Positions 23,289-24,000 of a DNA stretch of 24,000 nt are shown in pieces. A program made the position numbers and the translations under genes. Origin of the DNA: Vulcaniibacterium gelatinicum (GTDB lineage: Bacteria; Pseudomonadota; Gammaproteobacteria; Xanthomonadales; Xanthomonadaceae); the NCBI RefSeq assembly GCF_008033445.1, contig NZ_VNKO01000011.1:69002-93001 (forward strand). The letters run 5' to 3'. The notes under the pieces were generated by a model, which saw only the letters and a list, made by a program, of their open reading frames with translations, was not told the origin of the DNA and ran no database searches. Numbering within the stretch: position 1 is the first letter of the stretch; each line of letters begins with the position of its first letter.

Positions 23289-23443
23289 GCGGCATCCGGC
23301 GCCTGCGCCTGCACGCGGCAGTCCGCCGGCGCCGCATCGGCGGGGTCGGGGATGGGCCGCGCCACGCCGACGCTGCCGATGCCGAGGGCGAGCAGGCTCA
23401 GCGCCATCGCGCCGCGCCAGAACACGTGTCGTAGCGAGTACAT
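23237..23443 (-). CDS. Possible small exported protein (68 aa), 3' end antisense-overlapping the preceding gene
   Basis: ATG (revcomp 23441-23443) has GAAGG ~8 nt upstream. The N-terminus looks like a signal peptide (MYSLRHVFWRGAMALSLLALGIGSVGVA). GC3 is high in the non-overlapping part. There is no family recognition, and it could be a shadow ORF. Confidence 0.25.
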   Translation of the reverse strand: MYSLRHVFWRGAMALSLLALGIGSVGVARPIPDPADAAPADCRVQAQAPDAAQSPMMRKPKIRFASAT

Positions 23444-23640
23444 GGGCATGCCTTCGCGGGTGGGGCCTCACCGGAAGGGATGCGGCGGGAAGCGGCGGCG
23501 TTGCGGCGCCGGCGCGCCCGGGACGAAGGTCATGCCCGCTTCCGGCACGGGGCGCCCGGCCGCGTGCGCGGCAGGATGCGCGCACAGACGGCCACCAAGC
23601 CGCCCGCCCCCGTTTCGCGCCGGTCACGGCGCTTGCCCCA

Positions 23641-23668
23641 GCCTCCCGCTCCCGGGAGGCTTTTTCTT
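23641..23668 (+). terminator. Strong rho-independent terminator with no annotated gene directly upstream
   Basis: An 8-bp GC stem GCCTCCCG/CGGGAGGC with loop CTCC (23641-23660), followed by TTTTTCTT. It lies 353 nt after the nearest plus-strand stop (23288) and 57 nt before the aceF ATG. Confidence 0.75.
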
Positions 23669-23695
23669 GGCGCTCCCGCCGCGCACGGCCACAAT
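23667..23695 (+). promoter_or_regulatory. Candidate sigma70 promoter for aceF
   Basis: TTGGCG-17 nt-CACAAT lies ~30 nt upstream of the aceF ATG. The match to consensus is weak. Confidence 0.2.
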
Positions 23696-23724
23696 AGCCC
23701 TCTTTCCCCGCGACGGATCCCCCC

Positions 23725-24000
23725 ATGGCCGAACTGAAGGAAGCGCGCGTCCCCGACATCGGCGGCTACGAGGATGTGCCGGTGATCGAGCTGCTGGTGC
23801 AGGTCGGCGACCGCGTCCGGCAGGACCAGGGCCTGGTCACGCTCGAATCGGACAAGGCGACGATGGAAGTGCCCGCGCCGTTCGCCGGCGTGGTGCGCGA
23901 GCTGAAGGTGAAGGTCGGCGACACGGTGAGCGAAGGCGCGCTGATCGCGCTGATCGAGGCGGCCGAGGCGGCCGAGGCGGCCGAGGCGGCCGAGGCCGCC
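23725..24000 (+). CDS. aceF: Dihydrolipoamide acetyltransferase (pyruvate dehydrogenase E2), first lipoyl domain; 3' end outside window
   Basis: [78 protein letters not shown] is a canonical lipoyl domain with the lipoyl-lysine in the DKA motif. It is followed by an Ala/Glu linker. Confidence 0.93.
   Translation, partial: MAELKEARVPDIGGYEDVPVIELLVQVGDRVRQDQGLVTLESDKATMEVPAPFAGVVRELKVKVGDTVSEGALIALIEAAEAAEAAEAAEAA
23956..24000 (+). repeat. 9-bp in-frame tandem repeat (GAGGCGGCC)x4 plus one variant unit, encoding the (EAA)n E2 linker
   Basis: Four identical units run from 23956 to 23991. A fifth unit, GAGGCCGCC, runs to the window edge. Confidence 0.9.

Noticed and set aside
23956-24000. Short regularly spaced repeats considered as a possible CRISPR or other array.
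   Set aside because: The units are 9 bp, contiguous with no spacers, and in frame within aceF, where they encode an Ala/Glu linker. No CRISPR-like repeat-spacer structure exists anywhere in the window.

Overview
This is a very GC-rich chromosomal segment. The gene content suggests a Xanthomonadales/Lysobacterales-type gammaproteobacterium: a ~1030-aa TonB-dependent receptor, an Ig/FN3/GH18 chitinase, several ECF sigma factors and many DUF genes. That taxonomic call is inference only.

The window opens with the 3' half of aceE (pyruvate dehydrogenase E1) and closes with the 5' end of aceF (E2). About 22 kb and roughly 25 genes lie between them:
- A translationally coupled alpha/beta-hydrolase + DUF2784-like membrane pair.
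- A stand-alone PAS protein divergent from an Asp/Asn beta-hydroxylase-family oxygenase.
- A large TonB-dependent receptor and a PilZ protein.
- A YciI/YciI/ECF-sigma module.
- A DUF4031-DUF3297-MFS operon divergent from an NRDE(TANGO2-like) gene and a cNMP-binding/EAL phosphodiesterase.
- A secreted GH18 chitinase.
- A second ECF sigma/anti-sigma pair with a divergent small membrane protein.
- An RsmC/RlmG-like methyltransferase, rsuA, an EamA transporter and a secreted protein of unknown function.

I found no rRNA, tRNA, CRISPR array, integrase, transposase or recognisable defence system. I cannot point to a clear multi-gene novel system.

The observations most worth a second look are:
1. 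The YciI/ECF-sigma module carries three independent lesions: a 1-nt frameshift, an apparent in-frame internal deletion of the sigma factor, and a MITE-like inverted-repeat element forming its 3' end.
2. A cNMP-binding/EAL fusion has intact motifs in both domains.
3. An AT-rich 8-N12-8 perfect palindrome sits in front of a 62-codon Arg/Gly/Tyr-rich ORF.
4. The MFS transporter has a Met/His-rich two-helix N-terminal extension.
5. A strong orphan intrinsic terminator lies just upstream of aceF.
6. A 21-codon stub of an NYN-type gene sits right after aceE.

All family assignments come from reading the translations and from recalled motifs. No database search was run.
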